Shown: positions 9,735-20,388, counted from the first letter of the stretch. The stretch is DNA of 64,000 nt from Alphaproteobacteria bacterium (GCA_965660545.1 CBFIAF010000002.1:14335-78334), one strand, 5' to 3'. The notes: generated by a model not told the origin, from the sequence alone. Made by a program: numbers and translations.

Positions 9735-12700
9735 TCAAAAATACGCCGCTCGTTGCTGTAATTGAACCGCTGCCGTCGCTGACGCTTTTTTCTCTGATTG
9801 GTCCTCTGAAAGCTCAGCCTTGTCGTTGGGACGGCGGCGAAATAAGCGCTCGATATCGTCGCCAATCACAACAAGTGCCGGAATCAGAAATAGCACTAGA
9901 AACGTCACGACGCCTAAACCGAATACGATTGTCACCGCCATCGGGATCAAAAAACGCGCCTGAAGGCTGGTTTCCGCCATCATCGGTGCGAGGCCACCGA
10001 TTGTCGTTAAAGATGTAAGTAGCACCGGCCGCAACCGATCTACAGCGCCTTCGCGGGCAGCATTATGAATGTCTTCACCATCCTTAATCCGGCCATCAAT
10101 CGTAGTGATTAGAACAATCGAATCGTTGACCGCGATGCCAGACAGCCCCAGCAATGCAATCATGGAAAGGATCGTCAGATCATAGCCCATGACGAAATGA
10201 CCAAGCGCTGCGCCAATGAAACCAAACGGTATAATCGCCATGACGGCCAAGGGCCGCCCAAAGCTTCCAAAGACCCACGCCAGAACGATGAACATGAGGA
10301 CCACACCAATGATCGCGCCGACGCTCATATCCTGAAACGTTTCGGCCTGCTCTTCAGCCTTACCAGCGAAGCGCGCCTTCACGCCTTCTCGTGCTGCAAT
10401 GGCTTGGATCCCATCTCGCTCTAAATTAGCCAGGACGGCATTGCTGCTCGTGATACCTTCATCCACTTCAGCAGTGACGGCCACTTGGCGGGCGCCATTT
10501 TCGCGGCGGATTTGCGCAAACCCGGTCTTCTCACGGAAATACACGACTTCCGCCAACGGCGTCTCAGCCCCAGAGGGCGAACGAAGGTATAAATCCCCAA
10601 CTGCCTTGTCTCGGAGAGTGGCCGCGTCTATCCGAACACGCACAAGTACTTCATCATCGCCGCGAGCAAATCGTTTTGCCACGGCCCCAGAGTAAGCGTC
10701 ACGGACTTGGCGCGCGACGGCTTCCGTGGTGAATCCAAGCGTGCGCCCCTTATCCGTCAGCTCCATAACCAATTCAGGTTTGCCGTATGGAAGATCATCT
10801 TCGACCGCGCTGACTCCATTATAGCCGGTCAAGAGCGCTCTTACAGACGCTGCTGCTTGCTTGAGCGATGCTGGTTCACCACCCGATAACCGTACATCAA
10901 TCTCCCGGCCAGGCGGGCCGCCCTGGGCTGGGGTCAGCGTCAACGTCTCAATGCCAGCGATGGGGGGGATCGCTTGCTCCCACGCCTCAAGGAATGCATC
11001 AGTCCGCACATCGCGATGATCTGCGGGTGCTAGCTCTAAGAATACAGAGCCAATCTCATCACCACTTGTGCCGGTTCCTTGCTGGCGGCCTGACGTCGTA
11101 CCCACCATCGCCAAAGTCTGGAAAACCAGTTCACCACGCTCAAAACCGAAGTCTTTCTCAGCCTGATACGCGGCTGCTTCTACAAGCGTGATCATCTTTT
11201 TCGTGGCGGATCGCCCGCCTCCAGGCGTTAAGCGCATGTTTGCATAAGCAACGTCCGGCTCGACCGACGGGAAGAAGGTAAACCCAACCCTGTCGAACTT
11301 CACCAACCCAACCGATAGCGCCAGCGCAGCAATCGCGATGGCAACAGTGAGATACCGCATCCGGATCGCACCAGCCGCTGCTTGACGGAATTTGCCGTCA
11401 CGAAACCCATCAAACCATAGGTTAAAGCGCGCACGCATGCCTGAGGTCTTGGGAGGTGGTGCCGACAACGCGCCTTTCATATGACCGGGCAATGCCAAGA
11501 AGCATTCGATCAAGCTGGCTATCAGCGAAGCACATACTGCCATCGGGATAGCGCCAATAATCGCACCGATGATACCATCGATAACAAAGAGCGGCAGGAA
11601 AGCCGCCAGCGTGGTCAAAGTTGAGCTAAACACTGGCGCGGCCATGCGCTTCGCGCCGCGTTCTGCCGACTCGAGGGCCGAATGCCCTTTCCGCTTCAAT
11701 GCTTCCGCATGCTCTCCAACAACAATCGCGTCATCCACCACGATGCCAAGCACCAAAATGAGTCCGAACAGGCTGATCATATTGATTGACTGGCCACTGA
11801 GCGCCATCACAGCAAGCGCAGCCATTAGCGAGGCTGGAATACCTATCCCTACCCAGAACGCAACACGCGCATTCAGGAACAAAAACAAGATCAGGATAAC
11901 GAGAATAAGACCACCAATGCCGTTTTTAACCAGTAGCCATATGCGTTCCTCAACCAGCTTGCTCTCGACGCCAAACTTTTCAATGCGAAGGTCAAGCGGC
12001 AGAGTTCCAGCCGCGTCAGCAAGGTATTTATCCATGATAGCCGCTGTCTTCAGGCTGTCCTCCGTGACCGCGCGTTGCACCGTCAGCAATACGGCCGGCA
12101 GGCCGCTTCGAAGCGCCGTCACCTGCTCCTCATCGAATGTCTCACGAACAATCGCAATATCCGCGACGCGCAGTTTACCGCCCCGATCATCGCTTTTGAT
12201 CTCAATACGGCCGACATCCTCTGCTTTATCAGCGAGCCCTAGGCTACGAATTTGCTGCGCGCCGCCGCCCGCCTCACCCGATGGTGAATCCTGGGACGAG
12301 AGTCCAATTACGCTTGCAACCTCGGCCAATGTCAGGTCAGCTGCGCGTAATTTTCCGGGATCAGCAGAGACCCATATCTCCGGGTCTCGAACACCGGAAA
12401 GCACGACACGGTCAATGCCAGCTTCAATCAACTCATCTCGCATGCGCTTAGCGAAAGTCCGCAGCGAAGCCTCAGTATAAGGTCCAGACAGGGCCAACCG
12501 CGCGATGACGTCATAACGCACAACGCGGGAGACGTCGGCTGTCTCACTATCCTCCGGCAATGTCGTTGCTTGGGCGACGGCGGCTTCTACATTTGAGAGC
12601 CCGGCCTGCATATCGGCACCCTGCTCAAACTCCACTACGATCGAAGCCGCACCTTCCCGCGCTATCGAGCGCACCCCCTTAACCTCATCCAGGAAGCGCG

Positions 12701-12965
12701 TTTCTGCCTCAATCGCTTGAACTATCGCAAGGTCAACATCTTCGGCACTGGCCCCATTCCATGCGACACCAATTGTGACAATATCAATTCCGAAATCAGG
12801 GAAAAATTGCGTGGTCATTTTCCAAAGGCCAGCGAGACCGGCCACAAGCATGATCGCCATGACCAGATTGGCCGCAGTCGGATGGCGCGCAAACCGCGCA
12901 ATCAGTCCACGTGCTTCATTGGCCACAGCGTAAGCCTGAGAGTTGGTATCGAGCGCCGCCCTCAC
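9735..12965 (-). CDS. RND efflux transporter permease (AcrB/HAE1-like)
   Basis: A 1076-aa product with 12-TM topology and large periplasmic loops. The true start may be the internal GTG near 12929 (…GLIARFARHP…). Confidence 0.9.
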   Translation of the reverse strand: MRAALDTNSQAYAVANEARGLIARFARHPTAANLVMAIMLVAGLAGLWKMTTQFFPDFGIDIVTIGVAWNGASAEDVDLAIVQAIEAETRFLDEVKGVRSIAREGAASIVVEFEQGADMQAGLSNVEAAVAQATTLPEDSETADVSRVVRYDVIARLALSGPYTEASLRTFAKRMRDELIEAGIDRVVLSGVRDPEIWVSADPGKLRAADLTLAEVASVIGLSSQDSPSGEAGGGAQQIRSLGLADKAEDVGRIEIKSDDRGGKLRVADIAIVRETFDEEQVTALRSGLPAVLLTVQRAVTEDSLKTAAIMDKYLADAAGTLPLDLRIEKFGVESKLVEERIWLLVKNGIGGLILVILILFLFLNARVAFWVGIGIPASLMAALAVMALSGQSINMISLFGLILVLGIVVDDAIVVGEHAEALKRKGHSALESAERGAKRMAAPVFSSTLTTLAAFLPLFVIDGIIGAIIGAIPMAVCASLIASLIECFLALPGHMKGALSAPPPKTSGMRARFNLWFDGFRDGKFRQAAAGAIRMRYLTVAIAIAALALSVGLVKFDRVGFTFFPSVEPDVAYANMRLTPGGGRSATKKMITLVEAAAYQAEKDFGFERGELVFQTLAMVGTTSGRQQGTGTSGDEIGSVFLELAPADHRDVRTDAFLEAWEQAIPPIAGIETLTLTPAQGGPPGREIDVRLSGGEPASLKQAAASVRALLTGYNGVSAVEDDLPYGKPELVMELTDKGRTLGFTTEAVARQVRDAYSGAVAKRFARGDDEVLVRVRIDAATLRDKAVGDLYLRSPSGAETPLAEVVYFREKTGFAQIRRENGARQVAVTAEVDEGITSSNAVLANLERDGIQAIAAREGVKARFAGKAEEQAETFQDMSVGAIIGVVLMFIVLAWVFGSFGRPLAVMAIIPFGFIGAALGHFVMGYDLTILSMIALLGLSGIAVNDSIVLITTIDGRIKDGEDIHNAAREGAVDRLRPVLLTSLTTIGGLAPMMAETSLQARFLIPMAVTIVFGLGVVTFLVLFLIPALVVIGDDIERLFRRRPNDKAELSEDQSEKKASATAAVQLQQRAAYF

Positions 12966-14233
12966 GACGAAGCCGGTGCCTGGATTACGACAGAACCACG
13001 TGAGCGCGCCTTCAGACCCGGCGCAATTTCCGGAATGCGGGTCGTCACCAATTCATCGTGATTTGAGAGATCACCCGTGATCACAAGGCTGGTCCCATCC
13101 TGAGCGAGCACCGTAACGGAGCGCTCAGCCAAGCGGCCTTCGTTCAGGACAAACACCCGTTTGCCGCCATGGACAGCAGATTGCGGCACACGCACAACTC
13201 CCGAATATCGAACATCAGGCGTCTCCGCCTCAACATATGCGCCGGGTCGCAGTCCGCTGCCATTTTGACCCGCTGTAATTGGCGCATAGACCCACACACC
13301 GCCCGACGCAGCATCAAACTCACCCTCAGTCCGCGCCAGGGTCGCCTGCATCCGTACAGAGTTTGGGCCAGCCCGCCAAATAATAGTCGCCGGGCGGCCT
13401 GCAACTCCGCCGATTGTTGCCAAGCGGCCAAATTGCGTATCACTCATATGAAACAGAGCTTCGATGTGCTCGTTATCGATAATCTTAGCAAGCTTGTCAC
13501 TGGGGCTTACGCGCTTGCCGATACCTCCAGAGATCTCCGTTAGAACACCATCAAAAGGAGCCGTAAGCTTCGTTTGGCCCATGCTCCATTTGGCGCGGCT
13601 GAGACGGACTTTTGCGCGCGTTACGGAAGCCGCAAGTCGCGCAGCCTGCGCCTGCAGTCGGATGATCCCCTGCTCGCGACTGATGCGGGCTTGGCGGGTG
13701 GTCAGGTAAGCGATGTTGGAATCATCGCTTGCCTTTTGAGACACGACGCCTCTACCTGTCAGACGTTTTCGGCGGTCCAAATCACGCTTGCGCAGCTTCT
13801 CCTGCTGCCGGTCAGACCCAATCAAAGCTCGGCTAGACCGGATTTGAGCCAGCGTCTCCGCCCTCGCGGCCTTGGCTTCAGCCACCGCAGCGTTTGCATC
13901 CGCAAGTTCTGCCTCATACCAAAAAGGATCAATCGCAACCAGCAGGTCGCCTTTTTTGACCATGCCGCCAGATCGGAAATTTGGACCAACATCAACAATT
14001 GGGCCTTCGACCAGCGGACGAAGTTCTGCGTCCCGCGCGGCGACAATGCGGCCAAACAGTTTGAGCATTGGCTGAACATCGGTCTTCCGGACTGGTAGAA
14101 CATCAACCACCCATTCGCGCTCCACTACCTGACGTTGTGCTGCAACAGGCATCGTCGCATACAACATAAAACAACCGCCACCAGCGAGCATCAGAACGAT
14201 GCCAATAAGTAGCAATTGTTTCGTGCCGCGCAT
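12962..14233 (-). CDS. RND efflux periplasmic adaptor (membrane fusion protein, HlyD family)
   Basis: It has an N-terminal TM anchor, coiled-coil, and lipoyl/beta-barrel regions. It overlaps the RND start by 4 nt. Confidence 0.85.
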   Translation of the reverse strand: MRGTKQLLLIGIVLMLAGGGCFMLYATMPVAAQRQVVEREWVVDVLPVRKTDVQPMLKLFGRIVAARDAELRPLVEGPIVDVGPNFRSGGMVKKGDLLVAIDPFWYEAELADANAAVAEAKAARAETLAQIRSSRALIGSDRQQEKLRKRDLDRRKRLTGRGVVSQKASDDSNIAYLTTRQARISREQGIIRLQAQAARLAASVTRAKVRLSRAKWSMGQTKLTAPFDGVLTEISGGIGKRVSPSDKLAKIIDNEHIEALFHMSDTQFGRLATIGGVAGRPATIIWRAGPNSVRMQATLARTEGEFDAASGGVWVYAPITAGQNGSGLRPGAYVEAETPDVRYSGVVRVPQSAVHGGKRVFVLNEGRLAERSVTVLAQDGTSLVITGDLSNHDELVTTRIPEIAPGLKARSRGSVVIQAPASS

Positions 14234-14940
14234 CAGCCAGTCTCCAGATCAGATTTAAGGCCAAGCGCGCCGAGTACACCGCGCGTCGCCGCTTCAATAA
14301 TGGTTTCCAACTGGGCGGGCTCAATAACACGCCAGCCCAGTTCTTCTTGGACGACCCGCCGCGCAGCTGCGAACACCATGATCTGTCCCATAACGCCGTG
14401 GGCGGCTAGAACCGTTGCCGGCGCATCCACTTCTGTTCCAAGGCTAGCAGCCGTTAGTTTGCCCATAGCTTTGTGGAGCGGTAGCACGCGTTCATCGAGC
14501 ATTGGTCGATAATCGGGCGTCGGGTTCTGAAATTCGCGCAATATTGTCTGCGTAACCCAAGGCTCAAGATCCCCGGAGAGCATCTTTGTCAAGATGTGCC
14601 GGACGACGAAGCAAGCCGAGTCCTTAAGCGCTGATGCTGAAGGCGTATCATCGGCCATGACGGCTTCTATGCGTTCAATTACCGGGCCACCCACGGGACG
14701 CATTTCCTCAAGCAATTGCTCGAGTGCAGCAATATAGAGGCCGCGCTTCCCACCGAAGTGATACGAGACTGCAGATACGTTAACATCGGCTGCATGCGCA
14801 ATTTCCCTAACGCTCACACCATCAAAGCTGCGTTCGGCAAACATGCCGGACGACGCGGCGATCATCCGCGCCCTGCTTTCATCCCCGCCTGGACGGCCCC
14901 TAGCGGAGGTAGATGGTTTCTGGAGAGCATCTACATTCAT
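14233..14940 (-). CDS. TetR/AcrR-family transcriptional regulator
   Basis: It has the HTH VSVREIAHAADVNVSAVSYHFGGKRGLY. It is first in an operon with the MFP and RND genes. Confidence 0.85.
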   Translation of the reverse strand: MNVDALQKPSTSARGRPGGDESRARMIAASSGMFAERSFDGVSVREIAHAADVNVSAVSYHFGGKRGLYIAALEQLLEEMRPVGGPVIERIEAVMADDTPSASALKDSACFVVRHILTKMLSGDLEPWVTQTILREFQNPTPDYRPMLDERVLPLHKAMGKLTAASLGTEVDAPATVLAAHGVMGQIMVFAAARRVVQEELGWRVIEPAQLETIIEAATRGVLGALGLKSDLETG

Positions 14941-15140
14941 GAAACTGATATAGCCAGCTAGAATTATAAAACAAGCGTTTGATTAAGTTAAGAAAGCGGC
15001 ACGCACCATCAAAAGGCTAGTAACCGGACCCCCGACGCATCACATCCTGTCTTGCTATCCTGTGCCACATCCGCGACGGTGCCTGGCCAGAAAGGAGCGC
15101 CTTTTTTAATGTCTCAAATCTGGCCTCAGGCAATTTCAGA

Positions 15141-16451
15141 ATGACGCCGCTTGAACGTCCCGTGAGCCGCGGCGGTCTTTGGGGCTGGCGTTTATTTGAT
15201 TGGGCTAATTCACCCTTTCCGACCGTTATCATCACGTTCGTTTTCAGTGCCTACTACACCCAAGCTGTTGCAAATGATCAGGTAACAGGCAGCAGCTGGT
15301 GGAGTGCAGCTGTCGCTATTTCTGCCGTATGCATCGCGCTGCTAAGCCCGCTACTCGGTGCAATCGCAGACCAAACAGGGCATAGAAAGCCATGGCTCGC
15401 CGCTGCGACGGTCGTCACTATCACCGCGACTGCGATGCTTTGGTTCGTGGCACCTGAGGAACAATGGCTCCTGATGGGTGCCATTCTGATCATTATCGCC
15501 AATGTCGGCTTTGAGATTGGCATGGTGTTTTACAATGCCATGTTGCCCGACCTAGCGCCGCCAAACCGCATCGGTCGCATTTCTGGAGAGGCTTGGGCGC
15601 TTGGCTATGCTGGCGGGCTGCTGTGTCTGGTTGTAGCGCTCCTATTTTTCGTGCAGACGGATACGCCGCCCTTTGGCCTGGATAAGGCAGTGGCAGAGCA
15701 TATTAGGGTCGTGGTGCTGGTTGTCGCCTTATGGATTGCCGTTTTTTCATTGCCGACATTCCTGCTGACTACAGACCGCAAAGGCACAGATATGCCGCTA
15801 CGGCAAGCCGCCCGCAGTGGCATTAAGCAGCTTATTCAAACAGTAAGGAATGTCAGGAAATTTCCCGCCATAACACGCTATTTGATCGCGCGCCTTTTTT
15901 ACGTAGATGGTATGAATACGCTTTTCTTATTTGGCGGCATCTATGCAGCAGGAACGTTCAAGATGAGCGTTGAAGAGATCATCCATTTCGGGATCGCGTT
16001 AAATCTAGCTGCAGGCATAGGCGCTTTCGTATTCGGCCGGGTTGATGATTTGATTGGGCCGAAGAAGGTCATCCTGATTGCTATAGCTGGCATGCTCGCT
16101 GTCTCAACTCCTTTATTGATGGTGGAAGGCAAGCTGCTGTTTTGGGTGTTTGCGTTACCACTTGGCCTGTTCTTCGGCCCTGCGCAGACGGCCAGTCGGT
16201 CACTTATGGCGCGGCTAACGCCTCCGCACATGTCGACTGAAATGTTCGGCCTGTTTGCCCTTTCCGGCAAAGCAACGGCTTTCCTAGGCCCGACTCTTGT
16301 CGGAACCGTCACAATGCTGACAGATAGTCAGCGGATCGGGATGGCTACGATAGCCGTGCTGTTGATCATCGGCGGGCTCATCATGCTTACCGTTGAAGCG
16401 CCGCGTCCATTCCGCGATGAAGCGGTTGCAGATAAACCGCGCCCGTTCTAA
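15141..16451 (+). CDS. MFS transporter, UMF1 (Atg22-like) family
   Basis: The N-terminal WRLFDWANSPFPTVI motif is characteristic of UMF1. The protein has 12 TM helices. Confidence 0.75.
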   Translation: MTPLERPVSRGGLWGWRLFDWANSPFPTVIITFVFSAYYTQAVANDQVTGSSWWSAAVAISAVCIALLSPLLGAIADQTGHRKPWLAAATVVTITATAMLWFVAPEEQWLLMGAILIIIANVGFEIGMVFYNAMLPDLAPPNRIGRISGEAWALGYAGGLLCLVVALLFFVQTDTPPFGLDKAVAEHIRVVVLVVALWIAVFSLPTFLLTTDRKGTDMPLRQAARSGIKQLIQTVRNVRKFPAITRYLIARLFYVDGMNTLFLFGGIYAAGTFKMSVEEIIHFGIALNLAAGIGAFVFGRVDDLIGPKKVILIAIAGMLAVSTPLLMVEGKLLFWVFALPLGLFFGPAQTASRSLMARLTPPHMSTEMFGLFALSGKATAFLGPTLVGTVTMLTDSQRIGMATIAVLLIIGGLIMLTVEAPRPFRDEAVADKPRPF

Positions 16452-16466
16452 ACGACACGCTGATCT

Positions 16467-16868
16467 TTGGAGGCTTATTCCTTGGCGCTGGATCCCAGCC
16501 TAAACGACGTTGCAGATATCTCTGACCTAAGTGGTCCCGATTTGGCCCTGATCGTCGAACTGCAGCGGAAGGAGCTTGATCGCTTGCTCCGTGAGAATGC
16601 GCAGCTGCACGCGCGGGTCAATCAATTGATCGGCCTACAGGAGCGCGAGCAGGTCCTCCGACAGCAGATGCAGTCCATGATGGGCGCGCCCAAAGCTGAG
16701 GCACCGGCAAGTTTATTGGAAGATACCTCCGATCTGGCCGTGCGCGCTCAAACATCAGAGGCGCGTTATGAGCGGCTTAAAGGTGCGATGGCGCTGCTGA
16801 TCACGGCAATTGAACGCGAAAAAGGCACCGATCACACCGTTAGTCCAAGTGCTGAGACTTTTGATTAG
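16467..16868 (+). CDS. Hypothetical coiled-coil protein
   Basis: A 133-aa ORF rich in heptad-like Leu/Gln/Arg. It has no known domain. Confidence 0.3.
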   Translation: MEAYSLALDPSLNDVADISDLSGPDLALIVELQRKELDRLLRENAQLHARVNQLIGLQEREQVLRQQMQSMMGAPKAEAPASLLEDTSDLAVRAQTSEARYERLKGAMALLITAIEREKGTDHTVSPSAETFD

Positions 16869-18457
16869 CTCCCGGCCAAAGCCAGCACCGTTTCAAGGCG
16901 GTCGGCCTCGTCAATCGGCTTATCCCAGCGGATCCGTTTAATCCGCGGAAACCGTAGCGCAACGCCAGACTTATGACGGGTGGACCGCTGGGCTGCATCA
17001 AATGCAACCTCAAACACCAATCCGGGGGCTACTTGGCGCACCGGCCCGAAGCGATCCGTTGTGTTGGCGCGGACCCACTTATCAAGCACCGCTAATTCCT
17101 TATCTGTGAAGCCGGAATAGGCTTTGCCAACTGGAACCAGCGCGTCCTCCTCTGTCCAGGCACCGAATGTGTAGTCTGAGAAAAAGGATGAACGGCGGCC
17201 GTGGCCACGCTGTGCATACATCACCACCAAATCCAGCGTGAGCGGTGCACGTTTCCACTTAAACCAGGGGCCCTGCGGGCGTCCTGCCCTGTAAGGTGCC
17301 GAGCCCAGCTTCAGCATCAGGCCCTCTATACCATCCGCCCTCGCTCCGGCGCGTATTTCTGACAGCGCTTCCCAAGTCGCAAAAGAAACAAGCGGCGAAA
17401 TATCAAACACTTCCGGTGCCGCCGTCCCCCAGGTTTCCAGGCGTGTTCGGCGCACGTCAAAGGTTTTGCCTCGAACATCCTCATCGCCATCAAACAAAAT
17501 ATCATAGGCGCGGATCATGCCAGGTGATGACTGCTGTAACTTTAAAGATGGCCGTTTTCGTCCAAGGCGCTTTTGTAACGCATTGAAATCTGCAACGGGT
17601 GTCAAACCATCACTCCCCGGCTCGCCCTCACCCCGCACAAGGAGTTCACCATCGATAACGCCGTTAAAATCAAAGCCAGAAGTTACGTCTGGGAAACTGC
17701 CGCTTATATCATCGCCTGTGCGGGTATATAGCCGCTGCTCGCCATTTCGAGAGACCGCTTGCACGCGCACACCATCCCACTTCCATTCGGCACGATACGC
17801 CGATGGATCGAGCTTATCGAATGCTGCTTCATCCAGTGGGTTGGCCAGCATAACGGGCCGGAACCCGGCACCAGCTCCCGGGTCCGGCATTGGCCCATTG
17901 CCTTCAAGCCAATCGAACAGCGTTGGATAGGGTGGTTCAAGCCCATGCCAAACCTCCTCAATCTCCGCCGCTTCTTTATCAAACGCCGCCGCAAGCGCAA
18001 CTTTGGCCAAACGCGCAGATACACCAACTCGCAAACCTCCAGTTGCAAGCTTCAACAGCGCCCACCGGCCATCTGCATCCAGCACATCCAACCAAGCCTC
18101 AAGCAGCTTTGGCGTCTCCGCCCGCGTAGCGGCGGACAGCTTATCAACAACCGCGTCAATTGTTGGCGGTGGCGCATTGCGAGGCCGCTCAGGCCAGATC
18201 AAAGCGACGGTTTCAGCAAGGTCGCCGACATAGTCATAGGACATTGCGAACAGGCCTGGATCAACACGCTCATCCACTAAGCCACGGATCACAGAAGATT
18301 TTGCACCGATAAATAAAAGCGCACCTGTAAGCGCCGCCAGGGCGTACCCCCGCGCAGGATCAGGCGTTGTGCGCAGATAATCCCCGATCAGGCGGAGTTT
18401 AGCATTTCGAGAAGGCGTGAACGCGAGCGCATCCAGCAGGCTGGCAAATACTTGCAT
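16865..18457 (-). CDS. ATP-dependent DNA ligase (ligase-associated DNA damage response, LigC-type)
   Basis: The start MQVFASLLDAL…SRNAKLRLIGDYL is the canonical N-terminus. It contains a KWDG adenylation motif, in AEWKWDGVR. Confidence 0.85.
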   Translation of the reverse strand: MQVFASLLDALAFTPSRNAKLRLIGDYLRTTPDPARGYALAALTGALLFIGAKSSVIRGLVDERVDPGLFAMSYDYVGDLAETVALIWPERPRNAPPPTIDAVVDKLSAATRAETPKLLEAWLDVLDADGRWALLKLATGGLRVGVSARLAKVALAAAFDKEAAEIEEVWHGLEPPYPTLFDWLEGNGPMPDPGAGAGFRPVMLANPLDEAAFDKLDPSAYRAEWKWDGVRVQAVSRNGEQRLYTRTGDDISGSFPDVTSGFDFNGVIDGELLVRGEGEPGSDGLTPVADFNALQKRLGRKRPSLKLQQSSPGMIRAYDILFDGDEDVRGKTFDVRRTRLETWGTAAPEVFDISPLVSFATWEALSEIRAGARADGIEGLMLKLGSAPYRAGRPQGPWFKWKRAPLTLDLVVMYAQRGHGRRSSFFSDYTFGAWTEEDALVPVGKAYSGFTDKELAVLDKWVRANTTDRFGPVRQVAPGLVFEVAFDAAQRSTRHKSGVALRFPRIKRIRWDKPIDEADRLETVLALAGS

Positions 18458-18464
18458 CGTAGGA

Positions 18465-19478
18465 TCAGGCCGCCTCTTCCTCACGTCCCGCCAAGCGGAG
18501 CGGACGGGCGCGTTGACCGGCAGCAATGAGGGCATGGGCTAGAGCATCTTCCCTTCCATGGGTAATCCACACTTCCTCAGCCCCCGTTTCCTGGCATGTG
18601 GTGAGTAATTCGTCCCAATCCGCATGGTCTGAAATGACCAACGGCAGTTCCGCACCCCGTTGCCGCGCCCGAGCACGCACACGCATCCATCCTGAGGCAA
18701 CGGCGGTCCGCGGGTTCTGGAAACGCCTGGACCATTTATCTTGAATGGCAGACGGCGGCGCAAAAATCAGAGCTGTGGCCAGTTCTGCCTTATCCGTTCC
18801 AGCCACGGGCCGAACATCACCAAAATCAAAACCAAAGCCTTCATATAAGTCTGTCAGCTTCACCAACGCTCCATGAAGATAAATCGGCTTGCCAAACCCG
18901 GCTTCTCGAACCAGGGACAACATCCGCTGACATTTGCCTAAGCCATAGACGCCCAGTACATGCGCCTGCTCTGGAAACTGAGCTATCGACGTCAACAGCT
19001 TTTGCACTTCCTGAGCCGCTGGGGGATGGCGAAAAACAGGGAGTGCGAACGTAGCCTCTGTTATGAACAGGTCACACTTGATCACCTCAAAGGCCGCTGC
19101 GGTCGGGTCTGGTCTACGTTTATAATCACCGGAAATTACAATCCGCTCGCCGCCATACTCCAGGACTACTTGCGCGCTGCCCAATACATGCCCGGCTGGT
19201 GCCAGCCAGGTTTTCACACCGCCAATTGTGAGACGTTCACCGTAAGTTAAAGCCTGCGTCGCAGGTGTATCGTTAGGATAACGGACACCCATAATCGCGA
19301 GTGTCTCAGGCGTTGCCAGCACCTTACCATGGCCCGGGCGGGCGTGATCAGCATGGCCATGGGTGATGATGGCGTTAGGGACGCCCCGATTAGGATCAAT
19401 GAAGATATCTGCCGGGGCGCAATAGAGACCGGCGTCCCGCAGCTCTAGCCAGCCAAATTTCTGGTCCGCCCGCGCCAA
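18465..19478 (-). CDS. Ligase-associated DNA damage response exonuclease (metallo-beta-lactamase fold)
   Basis: It has the MBL motif ITHGHADH and a C-terminal SDHAD. It lies immediately upstream of the ligase on the same strand. Confidence 0.8.
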   Translation of the reverse strand: MARADQKFGWLELRDAGLYCAPADIFIDPNRGVPNAIITHGHADHARPGHGKVLATPETLAIMGVRYPNDTPATQALTYGERLTIGGVKTWLAPAGHVLGSAQVVLEYGGERIVISGDYKRRPDPTAAAFEVIKCDLFITEATFALPVFRHPPAAQEVQKLLTSIAQFPEQAHVLGVYGLGKCQRMLSLVREAGFGKPIYLHGALVKLTDLYEGFGFDFGDVRPVAGTDKAELATALIFAPPSAIQDKWSRRFQNPRTAVASGWMRVRARARQRGAELPLVISDHADWDELLTTCQETGAEEVWITHGREDALAHALIAAGQRARPLRLAGREEEAA

Positions 19479-19481
19479 GGC

Positions 19482-20354
19482 TTAGCGAGACATCAGCACT
19501 GACATTTCTGCGTACTGCAGAATATGAATTGTCGGCCCGCCAAAAATTGTTTGGCGCAACCGGCTTCGCGTGTAACCACCCTTAATCAGTAAATCGCAGT
19601 TGAGCTTTGTCGCTTCGTCAAGGATTGTAGCGCCAGCAGAACGCCCAGCCGCCTTCACTTTCAAAACATTGGGATTAACCCCGGTTGCCCGCAGATAGCG
19701 CGCCGCCGACTCAGCGTCTGGTCCCGGGGTCATGCCATTGTCGACCTCAAGCAGAGTAACTTCTTGACAATTAAGAAGAAATGGCCGGGCACAGGCCAGC
19801 GAACGTGCTGTTTCCGCACCGCCGTTCCAGGCGATAACGATCCTGTCACCAACGCTTGTCGGCGGCTTTGGCGGCGCGACCAACAGATAGCGGCCACTGT
19901 CAAAGAGCGCGGCCTCAATCAGGCCCATCGATGGTGAATCGCTCGCCTGTGCCGGACGTGACAACGCGACCAGATCAAACAGCCGTGCGTATGCACCAAT
20001 GTCCAAATCTGCCGTGCGCAATTCCGCCCAACGACATTCCGCTTTGGGAAAGGCGTCCATTGAGCCTTCGAACGCATCGCGGACCCGTTGGCTGCGCGCA
20101 GCTTCCTCATTCTCAAGGTTACGGATGAGCGCAGGTGTGGCCGCACCAGTTTCATCAGCAGCAAGCATAACGCTTGGCTCAGCACGCACATGCAGCCCTT
20201 CAATCACGGAAACATCGATGTGCATTGCAACATGTTGTAGCATTGCCGAGATACTCGGCACACCGTTTTCAGTGATTGGCGCTAAGATCGCATACATGGA
20301 CCGCTCTCCCCTATCGAAGCCATATTGAAGTTGCGCATCAGAGTGTACATGCAT
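19482..20354 (-). CDS. Universal stress protein family (tandem UspA domains)
   Basis: It has two Usp-like halves, including the C-terminal DLLIKGGYTRSRLRQTIFGGPT motif. Confidence 0.6.
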   Translation of the reverse strand: MHVHSDAQLQYGFDRGERSMYAILAPITENGVPSISAMLQHVAMHIDVSVIEGLHVRAEPSVMLAADETGAATPALIRNLENEEAARSQRVRDAFEGSMDAFPKAECRWAELRTADLDIGAYARLFDLVALSRPAQASDSPSMGLIEAALFDSGRYLLVAPPKPPTSVGDRIVIAWNGGAETARSLACARPFLLNCQEVTLLEVDNGMTPGPDAESAARYLRATGVNPNVLKVKAAGRSAGATILDEATKLNCDLLIKGGYTRSRLRQTIFGGPTIHILQYAEMSVLMSR

Positions 20355-20388
20355 AGCAGGTATGCACCAGATGCAGAACCAAGCCCCA

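Noticed and set aside
11569-12480. 303-aa ORF on the plus strand inside the RND permease gene; also 13574..14098 and 13169..13543 inside the MFP gene
   Set aside because: These are long antisense ORFs typical of high-GC DNA. They are Ser/Ala/Arg-rich with no motifs, and the sense-strand genes are unambiguous.
18458-18535. Upstream ATG for the DNA ligase giving a 71-nt overlap with the exonuclease gene
   Set aside because: The canonical ligase N-terminus, MQVFASLLDAL, begins at the internal ATG. The longer form adds an Arg-rich non-conserved extension.
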